Part shown: positions 30,363 through 44,189 of the stretch, in pieces
Layout of the letters: every line of letters begins with the position of its first letter
Position numbering within the stretch: position 1 is the first letter of the stretch
Assembly: GCA_964016885.1 (NCBI GenBank)
Contig: OZ024743.1
Coordinates: 348,812,001-348,876,000 of the forward strand
Source: Eledone cirrhosa
Lineage: Eukaryota
Reading direction: 5' to 3'
Length of the DNA stretch: 64,000 bases
Made by a program: the position numbers and the translations under genes
Notes under the pieces: generated by a model
What the model was told of the DNA's origin: nothing
Seen by the model: the letters and a program-made list of their open reading frames with translations, nothing else
Database searches by the model: none

Positions 30363-30598
30363 GGAATGCGTAATTAAGCAACAGCCGCGTATGTACATTC
30401 TTGTAATAGAACTTCTTGGAACTAACAATGTTTTTCCATACGGCACCTCAGATGTCCTCAGATGTTTCACATCAAAATGAATAACTTTTAAAAGGAAATT
30501 AATAATACCAAATGAAATCAAAGAAAAAATATTTCATTTCTAAATGTTTTTTTTTCTAACTGATCTCTTATCTATATTCAAATGATTTATTTATAACA

Positions 30599-30641
<43 letters not shown>

Positions 30642-30661
30642 AATATATATGTATGTATGTA

Positions 30662-30732
<71 letters not shown>

Positions 30733-31448
30733 CTCCCTTCACACATTTGTTCATACATACAAACGTGCACACAAGAAATGTTATTATATGCTATAATTTA
30801 TGGCAAATTCGTGAAAAACACACATATAGAGGTACAGAAAATTGTGGATTTGTGTGTGTGTTTGTGTATGTGTTCATTATTGCATTTATATTTACATATT
30901 ACTAATTCTTGTTAATATAGTATGTATTCAGTTTTTAATTCGGACAATAAACCATACTTACTATTTACTGGATGGCGGAAAAGTTACTTTCCATGTGAGT
31001 ACTTAAATTATTTTTTAAAGGAAGGCATGTGCATGTTATTCTGTTACACAGACTTTCCAAAATATTTTCCAAGATCGAAAATAAATATATCTAAAGGGAA
31101 AATAACTTTACCTTTTCATAAAAAAGTACATTTTAAAATCGAAATTAACTTTTGCGCTAATCTATACTAAACAATTTAAAGCCAACAGCAAAAGTGATAT
31201 ACTACACACGCAAACACATCCATACATATACATATATTTTAATACATACAAATAAAAATATCTATATCTCTTTCTATATGTATATAAATCATAAATGTTA
31301 AATATAAATATATATATATATATATATAAGTTTATAAGCACATACACACGTATACAGACAGCCAGGCACACACATATATGTATATATATATATATATATA
31401 TATCTGTTTGTAAGTGTGTATGGATCTACATGTGCACATATATATATA

Positions 31449-31574
<126 letters not shown>

Positions 31575-32076
31575 TATATACATATGTGTTTGTGTGTGCG
31601 TGTGTGTGTGTGTCTGTGTGTGTGTATCTACGTATACATTTATGGAATGTATGTATTTAAATTAAATATGGAAAGTTAAATAACATTTTAATAACAGGCG
31701 AAATGTGTCAGCTGCACATTGTCGAGTTACAGTACGATGCGAGTCTTTCTAATCAAATTATAACAAAGAAAGATGATGATGAGAACATCAGCTGGCAGCA
31801 ATTTTATATCTTCATTTAGAAATATGCCTCACTTCTATACGTAACAATCTATCTTTCTGTCTATCGACAAACAGGCACACACACAAACACACACACGCAC
31901 GTGCACACATACACACGCACACATACACATATACTCACACACACAAACACGTTCGTACATACACACGCACACACACACGTGCACATATACACACGCGCAC
32001 ACACACACACAATACACACACACACACTTCTTTATTTTCCTCACTCTTTATATTTCATCTTATATTTCTCATCCCA

Positions 32077-32112
32077 ACTTCTGATGAAGGAATAATATCC
32101 GAAATGTTAATA
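32077..32112 (+). ncRNA. Minimal PLE-type hammerhead motif, slightly decayed
   Basis: TT CTGATGA A GGA ATAATA TCC GAAA TG TT AA. AATGTT is one CpG transition away from the palindromic AACGTT stem III typical of PLE HHRs; stem I is weak. Confidence 0.5.
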
Positions 32113-32200
32113 CTCTTTTCCTACTATATCTAGCGCGAAGTTAAGATAATTCTTCAATGTGCTGTGCCGTTGGATATGTTGTTTCCGTTTACGTTTTGCA

Positions 32201-32242
<42 letters not shown>

Positions 32243-32244
<2 letters not shown>

Positions 32245-32660
32245 TAAAAAGGAAAAGAAAATGCTGACAATTTTTTCTTAGTGAAAAGTAGTTTAATTAC
32301 GAATAAGTATAAATTAGTAATAAGTATTGGTTAGTATTTAGTTTTAGTTTTAAGTTTTTACCGGTTGCGCATTTCTAATGCTTTTCAAAAATAATTTTGA
32401 GATAGAGCGCTCGTGATGTTTGCTCTAATCAGATTAGAGCAAACATCACGAGCGCTCTATCTCAAAATGATTTTTGAAAAGCATTAGAAATGCGCAACCG
32501 GTAAAAACTTAAAACTAAAACTAAATACTAACCAATACTTATTACTAATTTATACTTATTCGTAATTAAACTACTTTTCACTGGGAAAAATTTGTCAGCA
32601 TTTTCTTTTCCTTTTTACTAATATATCACAACTCGTGTGTCGCACCTCTATTTTTTTAAT
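32243..32660. mobile_element. HHR family D fold-back element (arms ~188 bp, 1-nt spacer at 32431)
   Basis: 32243-32430 versus 32432-32619 is a near-perfect palindrome. Homologous to 28351-28773. (TA)n on both sides. Confidence 0.9.
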
Positions 32661-32665
32661 ATATA

Positions 32666-32762
<97 letters not shown>

Positions 32763-35207
32763 GTTATTAAGTAGGTAATGTTTAGTTACTAGTGCTAAGG
32801 CTGGTTGAAGCACTCGATGCTTCTACTGTGTCCGTCTCTCGTTAGCTGGTGCTCGAGGTTTAAGGCGAGGTTTGTGCTCTTGTTTGTAGAGTGTAAGAAT
32901 TGCAGCTTTTTGTAAACACTCATATATGTAGAAATGTCAATTTAGTGTGGATATGCGATTGCATTGTCAAACCAAAGCTGTTCCATATGGAAACATATTG
33001 TAATATTTAATAAAGTTTACAAAACGTTGCAATTCTTATCGTCACTTTATATATATAAACATCAAAAATATAAAATTTATTGATATATTTCTCGGGACAT
33101 TTCAACACGGCTGAAACATTACATCCATTTGGTGAGCGACTGGAAATTATTAGTTAATAAGTATCCCCATCGTGGGTGTTTTATCCCAACCATATCACTT
33201 CGGAAAATATTCAGCACCAAAACTAATAAAATAATTGTTTCTACTTTAGGCACAAGGCCAGCAATCACCCAGTGCATTACTGGTACTTTAAAATAATAAT
33301 TACCAACAATAAGACAATATCAGACAGCAAATTGTCAAAATGCATACGACGTTTAAGCAGGCAATATTATTCAAGTGCCTGTTATGCAGAATGAATTTTT
33401 ATAATAATCATGCAAAGTTATAAGTTTACTTGTGATTTTCTTTCATCAGAATTTGTTAGATTGTGAATTGGTTAATCCAGAAGGTTGTTGAAGTTTTTTT
33501 CTTTATAAATCTATGATAGTTTTTTTTATTCACTTATAAAAACAGAATTTGAATGCAACAACTAATAATTTTCAGTTGCTCTGCAAATGGATATATTGGC
33601 TGTTAAAACGTGTGTAGAAATGTACTAATAAATGGTAATTTCATATCCTTGACTTTCTTATAATTTTGAATTTTACATGCTCTGCTACCTGAACTGCTCG
33701 TAACAATGTATACTCCCGAGAGACAGAGGATGGTAAGGTGCATTCAGCTTATCTCATCTTACCACAGAAAACCGTGAAGTTCTACACTATAATCACATAT
33801 ATATTTTATACATATACACATATATATATATGTTTGTGTGTGTGTGCTTGTGTGTGTCTGTGTGTGTATGTGTGTGTGTATGTGTGTGTGTGAGTGTGTG
33901 TGTATGTGTGTGTGCGAGTGTGTGTGTGTGTGCGTGTGTGTGTGTAAGTTACAATTGTATCTCTAATAGGAATAGCAACAACACTTCACTAAAATAAACT
34001 ATTTGTATATTTATTGCCACGAAACATTGGATAAAGTCTAGATTCTACCTTAAACATGTTCAAGCCATGTCTGGAATTGGTTTTCATTATAGGTTTTATG
34101 TATCGCTGTTGTCCGTAACCAAATGAATGACAACAAGAACGACAACAATGTTATGCACACTCAGTCTAGACTGGATTTAGTCTATGCGGATGAGGCCGAG
34201 CAACTACTGGACTGGTGCCTCCTCCCCTTATACAACAATTATAATATACAGCAAACCCGCAAATCTCCACATCAACCTTGTTTATTACATGTAATTGGAA
34301 TTGACAAGTTATACATGCATACAAATGTTAAAAACAAATCTTGAGCAATAATGCATAAATGTAAATATATAAATGTAGTATGGAAATAGAATTACATACA
34401 TAAAAGTTAAATGGAAATATACACAATATACAACTGTATTAACAAATATACAAAAATTATCCAACCCAGCATAATAAATTAAAATGCATCTATGAATGCA
34501 AATCGTTACCAACATTATATACAATAATTTATAACTACTTATAATAATTTATAACTATTTATATCACTACAATACATACAAGAAGGCTTTTTTTTTCACA
34601 TCTGTATATCATCACACAGTCAGAGACCACTTAGTATTTTGTGGGTTTCGAGGATTCTCAGTTAAATATTTATGCGTGCTAATTTGCTGTACACTTACTA
34701 ACTAACGCACAAATATATTATTAAAACTACATTAATACTTGGAAAGGTTTCAGGAAGACACTCTTGAGGGAGTAACACTGCCTGTTGAGATGGCCTGAGA
34801 CATGACCTGAACATGGAAATGGCTTCAATATGGACAATTTCTTTCATCATCACATAACTAAACTGGCGGGGGAAAGCAGTATTAAGTTTCTCATCTTCAT
34901 TTCTCATCTCTTCATCAGATAAACTGTACTATAATTGTACTATAGCTTTAAATGTATGCACTTATTTCTAGGCTAATCTCCATTTTTGCAAGGCAACAGA
35001 CAAAAAATCTAACATTATATTAATGCATTAAAAGTCCTAAATCTCAGTTTGCTTCCTGGGTAACGAACAATTTCATCTGAGAATGATATTGGATTTGCAT
35101 TGTCATTGTGGCCTACCTGTTGTTGGTTTGGAGTTGGTGTTGGCTCAGAAGTTCTTGGCTTTCAGCTTTAAGACTTCATACCTATCTGGTGATATACGGT
35201 ATGTTTA

Positions 35208-35770
35208 TGAATAAACATTTGAAAATCTTCAGCTATCAATTTTGGAAACTGATGACGTGCGCAATCTAGTGGATTCCAGCAGAAGCATGGCTGGGTAACT
35301 GTGGACGTCGATAATCGATTATAACGCTGGTCGTTATCAGGGCAGTGACACCTTACCCTGTTCTCTGCTGGAACTCAATATAGGCGAAAACGTATAATTT
35401 CGACACTTATGTACATGGGTTACTTAGCATCTTTTTGTATAGAGAGCTGTTGGTTGTCTTAGCCGGAAAATAGAATTAAGGTGCTCGTTCTTAACACAGA
35501 TGTATATATAAGTATTTTGTATATCTAGAGATATACAGTATGAATAAACATTTTAAAGTTTTCGGCTATGAATTTTGGAAATTGATGAAATATCGCCATC
35601 TAGCTGATTCCAGTAGAAACAATGGCGGGCAACTAATCAGCCCATGTACATAGGTGTCAAAACTATATGTTTTCGCCTATATTAAATTCCAGCAAAGAGC
35701 AGGTTAAAAGAGTACTGTCTTCATAACAACCACAGTCAGAGACAATTATCGTCGCCGACAGTTGTCCACC
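35208..35770. repeat. Local duplication A-B ... A'-B'(inverted)
   Basis: 35208-35300 resembles 35540-35634 (direct); 35297-35420 resembles the reverse complement of 35640-35765. Confidence 0.75.
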
Positions 35771-35805
35771 CTATACATAAATAAATACACAAACACATAC
35801 TCCCC

Positions 35806-35951
<146 letters not shown>

Positions 35952-35968
35952 GCATATATATGTATATA

Positions 35969-36096
<128 letters not shown>

Positions 36097-36236
36097 AAGA
36101 GAGAGAAAGAAATCTAACAAAAAATACAGTAGTGTCCAATCCGTATGAAGAACTCAATGTAATCCAAATATGATGAAAAGAGAAGATGTATTCAACAAAT
36201 TTTTCGATGAAAATCACAGGAAAACAGAGTCAAAAT

Positions 36237-36452
<216 letters not shown>

Positions 36453-36453
36453 A

Positions 36454-36632
36454 TTTAATATAGAAGTGGCTTCTACAGAACTAGAACTGTTTCATTCGGG
36501 AGAACTCATCAGGGCTTCTTGAAAAAGTTCTAGTCCTGTAGAAGATATTTCTATATTAATCATTTATACTCTTCTATTTATTGAGTATCTTACGTACTGT
36601 CGTTACCCCCCGATTGAACCTGGGATAAACAT
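36454..36632. mobile_element. HHR family F fold-back element; minus-strand ribozyme motif at 36469-36513
   Basis: Minus strand CTGATGA GTTC TCCC GAAT GAA ACAG TTCTAGTT CTGT A GAAGC; the 5' strand of stem I is lost at the junction. Plus arm tail matches the reverse complement of 50832-50915. Confidence 0.8.
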
Positions 36633-36864
36633 CTCTCTCTCTCTACTTTAAATCTGGCCTTGCCTCTCCCCTCAAAATAACAATAAATGTGGAGAATCAT
36701 ACCTTTATAAATATGTGGAAACTACTATCGGTGTCATCGTCTCGGTGAGCCAGGTTAAGGAAACAGTTAAGTACGTTCTCCAGCAACATCAACACAGCTG
36801 CTATTATCGCCATGATCATCATCTCCTAAATATTATCAATGTCATCTTCCTCATCTCCATCCCC

Positions 36865-37020
36865 CCTCCTCCTCGTTCCCATCATCATCATCATCATCAT
36901 CATAATCATCATCATCAGCATCATCATCATCATCAACATCGTCATCGTCATCATCATCCTCTTCACTACAAGCTCCACTACCATCCTCTTTATCAACATC
37001 ATCATACTCATCGTCATCAT
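36865..37020. repeat. (CAT)n microsatellite
   Basis: Source of the poly-H/I/D/M ORFs. Confidence 0.9.
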
Positions 37021-37499
37021 AAAACATTTTCAATGTTACCTCATATACTACCAGCAGTAACGCCAATACCAATACCACTACCACCGATACCAATAAAAAA
37101 AAAATCAACAAATCCCAAGCAGTCATCTTTTGTTGCCTTTTCTCTTACACTAATTCAACATGGCCAATATTGCAAAACGCAGTAAACGTGTGGATAAGGT
37201 GAACGTGTATTTTCCCGAGAATAACAATCTGATAATAGAGCACCCCTATTTCATATTGCCATAATGAAAAGTATAGAAATATCTTCCTATGGTGGCTACA
37301 TGAGCAAGAAGGGTCAGATAGTGTTGTAAATATTGCACCAGAAAAGCCCCAATGTCTCCTAATTGGCACGATTTCAAATTTTAATATGCTTAAGCAAACA
37401 TTTCCAAATCCATTCATACTCCCTTGCAAATATGATGTTGCCTGTAACATCAAGCGTTCCATCAATGGACATTTGCACACACGCATAATTACACGCACA

Positions 37500-37535
<36 letters not shown>

Positions 37536-37575
37536 ACACACACACATATATATATATATAGGCATATATACCTAC

Positions 37576-37712
<137 letters not shown>

Positions 37713-38639
37713 TATATACATACATGCTAGAATGCATAAATACATACAGGCAATCCTCATTTTTACTTCTCTCTTACATACGTAGATATAAAGTCTTTCT
37801 TTATGTATATGTACCTGTGATCGAGGCTACCCGCATGTGTATGTACTTGTAACGGTGTATATGTTTGTTATTATGCTAATAAACTGAGAGCTTCAAATAT
37901 ACACATCGTCTTTTGTGTACAAGTCGGTAATCACCTACATCTCATGTTTTTTTTATAAGTATATGTAAAAAAAAAAAGGATCGATCGACTTTCGTCAAAT
38001 AGGACCGAGGAAACAATGTTTTCGTTGGTCTTTCCAGTTTCTAATACTATCTATCGGTTGCAACTCCAGGTAGAATAAGCATTTGTATATATTTATATTT
38101 ATATATATATATTTATATTAATATATTTGATTATATATGTTCTGGCTCGTTAATTTATTAACCTTCCATAGAACAACATTGGCATACGGTTGGATAATAC
38201 ATGTGTCCCTATATGCATTTTTTGCACGTAGCGAAACATGCTTTATTATTATTAATCTCCCTTAAGGTCGAGATAACATTTTGGTCGTTTTAATTGCTGC
38301 TATTACTAGTGGCAGGACATTGACCTTTCCGCCCATGCCTGCTATCTTTACACACGGCACTAGACAAGATTGTTTCTTCATCATACACTCTCATCCGGGA
38401 ACAGTTCTGTATGGCACTAGTTCGTGATTTGAACTCTGGAATTTCATATTCTCCGAGTGATAAAAACCCTTTGACGAAAGTCTCCTTCTCATTGGTGTTC
38501 CGCATGGATTATCCATTTATTTTGAGACTTGAAACCACGCGGTAAGAATAAATATATTAAGTACAGTAAACTTTTTAAAATTTATTTAAAATCTTTTTCT
38601 CTTCTTGCTAAACCTTGATTAAATATATATATATATTTA

Positions 38640-38785
38640 TAACGAAGGAGTTGTGGTAAGGAACCTGATGGATCATAACGCACCAGAGTACTCAATACTT
38701 AGGGTATTAAAGTGGGTAATAGGAAAAATTATGACCCCGACGGCAGAGGTGAAGCCGTTTCGACGGCTATTTCTGGACTAAAAAA
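38640..38785 (-). mobile_element. HHR family A 5'-truncated copy
   Basis: Matches 3519-3660; ends at CTGGACTAAA (stem II apex). (TA)n flanks. Confidence 0.8.
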
Positions 38786-38788
38786 GTT

Positions 38789-38820
<32 letters not shown>

Positions 38821-38915
38821 ATATATATCATAGATTGAGTTATAAACTCAAAATAGTCTTTTACAATTAAAGTCTTCTTAGATGCTTTGAAGAGAAAGGT
38901 AGGAACTTTCCTGGA

Positions 38916-38990
38916 TACCCGCAGATGAGCACAGGGATTATGGCTTTTACTTAATAATTCTTGCGAAACAGATTTTGGTCTGTCCGGGTA
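38916..38990 (+). ncRNA. Type I hammerhead ribozyme motif with U4A core (family N)
   Basis: TACCCG CAGATGA GCA..GGGATTAT/ATAATTCT TGC GAA ACAGA TTTTGG TCTGT C CGGGTA: 6-bp stem I, 5-bp stem III, GUC cleavage after 38984. Confidence 0.75.
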
Positions 38991-39012
38991 ATCAAAGGCT
39001 ATTACCCGATAT

Positions 39013-39076
<64 letters not shown>

Positions 39077-39077
<1 letters not shown>

Positions 39078-39468
39078 CTACCATAGAACTCGGCGTTGCC
39101 CAAGTTGAAAAGTAGCTAGATTGTACGAAACTTGTTCTTAAAAAAAAAAAAAAAATTCAAACACATATAATTTGGTAGGATCTAATTAAGTGTGTTCAAT
39201 ATATCATATATAGCATGTTCCACATTTGTGTAATAGCAACATAGTTTATTTATGCATTCTAAATAGTAATAGTTAATTAATTGAACGTCAGAATGATGTT
39301 ATTCCATTTTAAGCTATTTTGAATATTTGATATATTTTACATACACACATGCACATACATACATCATACATATATGCATGATTACATACATACAAACATG
39401 CATACGTACATACATACATAGAAACATACATTCATGCATACATACACATTGAATATATATGATAGATT
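39077..39468 (+). mobile_element. Probable Helentron/DINE-like element
   Basis: 5' ACTACCATAGAACTCGGCGTTGCCC, internal (CATA)n, 3' ATATATATGATAGATT. Confidence 0.5.
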
Positions 39469-40007
39469 ATTTAGAAACAAAATTATTTTGTAAAGAAATG
39501 TTTTTTCTTTGATTTCATATTTATTTTCTTTTAAATGTATTTTCTATTATATTGATATATTTTATCTTGATACATATTAATTCTTATAAATATTTCAAAA
39601 GGTAGTCGAAACTGATGTGTCGGTAGTTAAATCACAATTGGCAATATCCTTTATTTAGTTAGCATTTGGAAACCTGTCTGTCTAGAGGTAATTACATGTC
39701 CAAATAATGGAGCTGACGAGAAGTACTTGAAAGCATAAAGAAATTTCATTAATGGCAGCAATGGATCGCAGCATTTGAACTGCAACCATCATAGCCTTAG
39801 TAATTCTGAATACCCACATCACAGTACCTTAAGATGTACAATTTTTTTCCACAATTAATGCATAATGAAATTGAAGGAATTTTAACTCATAAGCATCCTA
39901 CGTAAAATTTTAAGAAGAAAAACTTTTTGCTCATTTGCTCATTTGATCTCGTTTGCGTTTATTTGCAGATTACGTTGTGGGAGTACAGCATATTTCCCGA
40001 GATGATA

Positions 40008-40187
40008 TTTGTTTCTACTTTTGACACAAGGCCAGCAATTATCTCAGTGTATTACTAGTACTTTATTTTATCCACCCCGTAAGGGTGAAAGGCAAAGTTA
40101 ACGTCGGCGGGACTAGAACTCATACCATAAAGGGCCGTTACTCTTTGCTGCAAAGCATAGCGTCCAACCCTCTACCGATACTACCGA
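40008..40187 (-). mobile_element. SINE copy
   Basis: Reverse-complement SINE consensus. Confidence 0.85.
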
Positions 40188-41139
40188 GATAATATTGATA
40201 GTAAAAGGTATAAGAAAAATATGTTATTGATAAATTTATAAATATAACTATAAACAGAAATATCTTTGAAGAAACGTCCAATTGCAAGACCTGAAAAACA
40301 TGCAAATGAAAGTACTGATCATCTCATCGTATCAATAGAGAGAAACTGAAATAATCCGTACTTGAGAGAGAGGGAGTGAAAAGAAGCGTGAATACAGGGT
40401 AAAACAGTATGAAAGGGAGAAAAAGCAAGATGTTGTAATACTATAAAACACAAAGTGTTCGAGAGAAGTAAAATTTACTCTAGAGTTTAGCGAAAGTGTA
40501 GACGCCCTATAAAACGTATTTCATTTGGAAAATTTTATACTTTTTATACTTTTTACATCCTTGTGGGAGCCGAGATAATAATTACCAGCCAGCCACATTT
40601 TGATATAATCGATTATTCTCTCCGACCATAATGGCTGGCTTTGTGCCTATATAAAACAACACAAGCATAGTTTCACGTCAGAGACGTAAAACATATTGTT
40701 TCTGAGAACCTGGAAGAATAACCGATATCGTGTGACAGGTAGAAAGCGAGAGAGAAAGGAAAGACAAAGGAAGAGATATAAAGGAAGTGTGAGATTATTA
40801 GAAGCAAATGTTGTTGGTAACGGAGAAGTAAGTGGTTGTTGCCTACAAAAGGAAGGGGGCACATAACCCAGAGAAAAGCGGACGATGAATTATTTGTGGG
40901 ATACACATTCATAGCTTAAGTGTTTGCAAATAGATAATAAATGAATTTAAAAAATGTGGGTTAGCAGACTAGCTGATCAGTCAGATCTGTATATTATCAG
41001 ATCCACTGATCAGCCAGATTTGCATATCAGCAGACTGGCCAGTCAGTCTCCTGTATGCAAATCAGGCCGATTAGACACTGTATATTTTAGGAAGTAGCAT
41101 ATAATTTCACTAGCCCTGACAGTTGACAGGTGAACAGTG

Positions 41140-41187
41140 AGCTGTACTGATGAAGGGTGATACCCAGAAACATTAGTGTCAGCAGTT
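41140..41187 (+). ncRNA. Type I hammerhead ribozyme motif (family J)
   Basis: AGCTGTA CTGATGA A GGGT GAT ACCC A GAA ACAT TA GTGT C AGCAGTT; near-palindromic stem III, GUC triplet, one mismatch at the base of stem I. Confidence 0.7.
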
Positions 41188-41294
41188 CTGTTTACATGCC
41201 AACACAAGAGCAAGCATAAAGGGTTCAACTGACATTGCTTTAAAAATTAGGCATGTTTACATAATTGCAAACGAATAGAATGTTATTATTTATA

Positions 41295-41672
41295 TGGCAG
41301 TATTGGTAGAGGGTCAGACATGTTTTCCAGCGTAGTTACGTCCCTTTACGATCTGATTTCAAATCCCACCGAGGTTAACTTTACCTTTCATCCTTACAGG
41401 GTCGATAAAATAAAGTACCAGTAATACACTGGGTATTTGCTGGCCTTGTGCCTAAAGTAGAAACAATTATTTATATTCGAAAAGGGCGGTGGATTGGCAG
41501 TATCGGTAGAGGGTCGGACGCCATGCTTTCCAGCATAGTTACGTCCCTTTACGATCTGAGTTCAAATCCCGCTGAAGTTGACTTTGCCTTTCATGCTTAC
41601 GGGGTCGATAAAATAAAGTACTAGTAATGCACTGGTAAATTGCTGGCCTTGTGCCTAAAGTAGAAACAATGA
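41295..41672 (+). mobile_element. Head-to-tail SINE dimer
   Basis: Copies at 41295-41471 and 41485-41672, each followed by TTTATATTCGAAAA. Confidence 0.9.
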
Positions 41673-41746
41673 TTTATATTCGAAAACCTCAGAATACATT
41701 AATTGTATTCAGCCTTATAGAGCGACATTTTGTTTCCTTATATATA

Positions 41747-41799
<53 letters not shown>

Positions 41800-43126
41800 A
41801 TTTATGTGTGCGTACATACACACATACATACATACAAACATACATACATACATATTACATACAAACATCCATACATACGTACATTAATAAATACATTCAT
41901 ACATACATACATTCATACATATATTCATGCACATATGGGTGTATGGCCGTGCATTTCTGATTATACCTGCATATTCTATGACGCAACATTATTTTCTACC
42001 ATCACATCATTGTCCCCCACCTTTTTTTCTCAAGTATATTTTCTTCTATCTTGGTCTATTTCCCTATCTCTCTCTCTCTCTCTCTCTCTCTTTCCTTCTT
42101 TTTTCTTTCCTTCCTTATTTCTATCTATACCATATATTTTCTTTGTCTTTTCATTTGATTTTCACTATTTCGTTTTCCTATTAACACAGCATTCTCTCTC
42201 GTTATATTCTAATATGAGATGTTCACATTTCCGATCTCTACTCCCCTCTCTTCATCTTCCCTCCTCAATTATAGACTCACACACAAATACTAATATATTT
42301 CTCCCACACCCTCTCTATCTTTCCCCCTCTATATATCTATCTACATACCTAACTACTTACACACGCACATATCTATGTATGAATGTACATACACACATGC
42401 ACACACACACACACGCACACACACGCATACATACACACAAACACACTCACAAAATTCACAACCCACGAATCTGAATCTGTCCATCTATAAACCCATCCAT
42501 CCGTCCCTCAGTCCGCCCATCCTACCATCTTGTTGTCTGTCCGCCTGTTCGACCAGCCGACCAACCGCCCAACCACCCGTCAATCTCTACACCAGCCCAT
42601 TCACTTAAGTATTTGTCTATTTTCCGTTCCATGTTGCAAAACTCTTCTTCCTGTTCTCAGCTTCCATTTAACCACCATATTCTTAGCATAGTCTTACTTT
42701 CCCTCCCCTGCCCCACCCTGCAGCCTTTTACTTTTCCTTAATGGTTTCAGATTGGTCAAGTGGTCATCATAGTCCACGGAACCTAGTCACAGTCGACAGC
42801 TTACCTGATGCAATTTTATGAAGCCTGTATCTCAATTCCGCACTCTACCATTTCAGACACATACCGTCAACATAAACAATGATATAAATGACTTACGTCA
42901 GTAAAGTTCACACTACAATAAGTATGTTTCTCGAAATGTATGGGTGTATATGCTTATGTGTGTGTGTTTGAGGGGGGGGGGGCGATGATTTCGTCTGCAC
43001 TATTAGTGAGTGTTTTACCGAATCACGTATGCATAGATGTATTTCAATAAATACACACACACATGCATAAGCTTACAAATACACACACACAGACACACGT
43101 AATACTCTCTCACACACACACGCACG

Positions 43127-43175
<49 letters not shown>

Positions 43176-43192
43176 ACATATATATATATATA

Positions 43193-43900
43193 TACTTGAC
43201 GTGGTAATAAAGTCTTTCGAATAGTAGTCTGTGCGCCGTATATAGCAGTAAATGTAGTTAATAGTTGGAATTTGAACTTTGTTCTACACGTGTGGTTTTC
43301 TGTATGAATACTTTACTTTATCACAGGCTTATGCATCATTATTTTGCCGCCATTCCTGTGACTTTATAATACATTAATACATGCATCGAATGGATTTAGC
43401 CAGGAAAATGTTAGAGCATATGTTTTCATTGAATGGAAATTAGGCAAATCGGCAACAAATGTTATTTAACAATTGACGGAGAGTGGAATTAACAAGGTTC
43501 CAACAAATTCAACCATTTATCATTGGGTGAAACAATTCAAAGATGGCAGAACATCACTTATAGATATTCTAGCCGACCTTGCTCAACCACTATCCATGCC
43601 AACGTCCAACTCATTTAAAGTATCATTGATGCAGAACCAAAATAATCATTGCGTTGCATTGCACATGTTACTGGAATAAACAAATTTTAACAGACACTTG
43701 GTTTACGAAAACTGGCAGTGGAGGATGAAACTTGGGTTGTTTTCGCTTCATTAAAAGAGGTAGTAAATGAATCGCTGCACTGGTGTCGACAATTGCCGTA
43801 GGAACGGTTCCAGAAAGAGATAGAACCAATGTAAAGATGTCATTGCATTCAATGGAAATTATGTTTTGTAACATAAAACATTTGACTTTCAATATGTTGT
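43193..43900 (+). mobile_element. Decayed mariner (Mos1-like) transposase fragment
   Basis: RAYVFIEWKLGKSA..PTNSTIYHWVKQFKDGRTSLID (HTH), and LAVEDETWVV at ~43712-43741 (first catalytic D motif); frameshifted. Confidence 0.8.
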
Positions 43901-44189
43901 GCATTTTCTTTCAAAGGGTTATTATAAAGACTTTAATGTTAGGCCAAGTATATATGATTGATTCTCCCATCCTATATCGATGTATGTTGGTTCAACAATC
44001 TTCCCATTCATTCTTTATTGTTATGCCTTAAATGACACTTTAGTTCAGCTACTCTTTTACACACCAACCTGCACTTAGTGCAGATGACAGGATTTTGAGT
44101 AGAACAGGATTGAGTAGAACAGGATAAGAGTGCTCCTTTTTACACCATCAGCAGTTAGGGCGTCAAGAGAAGTAAGATGTATGTTCACA

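Noticed and set aside
30420-30470. Minus-strand CTGAGGA CAT..ATG GAAA
   Set aside because: No convincing stem I or III; the core-like word comes from a short local duplication.
34698-34907. 69-aa minus ORF in complex sequence (also 47827-48516 and 92-558)
   Set aside because: No recognisable domain or clear splice context; would need BLASTX.
35243-35279. CTGATGA..GCAA motif in duplicated segment A
   Set aside because: Stems cannot be placed in register, and the second copy does not preserve the core.
39707-39742. CTGACGA GAAGTACTT GAAA GCA TA hammerhead-like core
   Set aside because: No stem I pairing (GGAG versus AAGA); plausible chance match.
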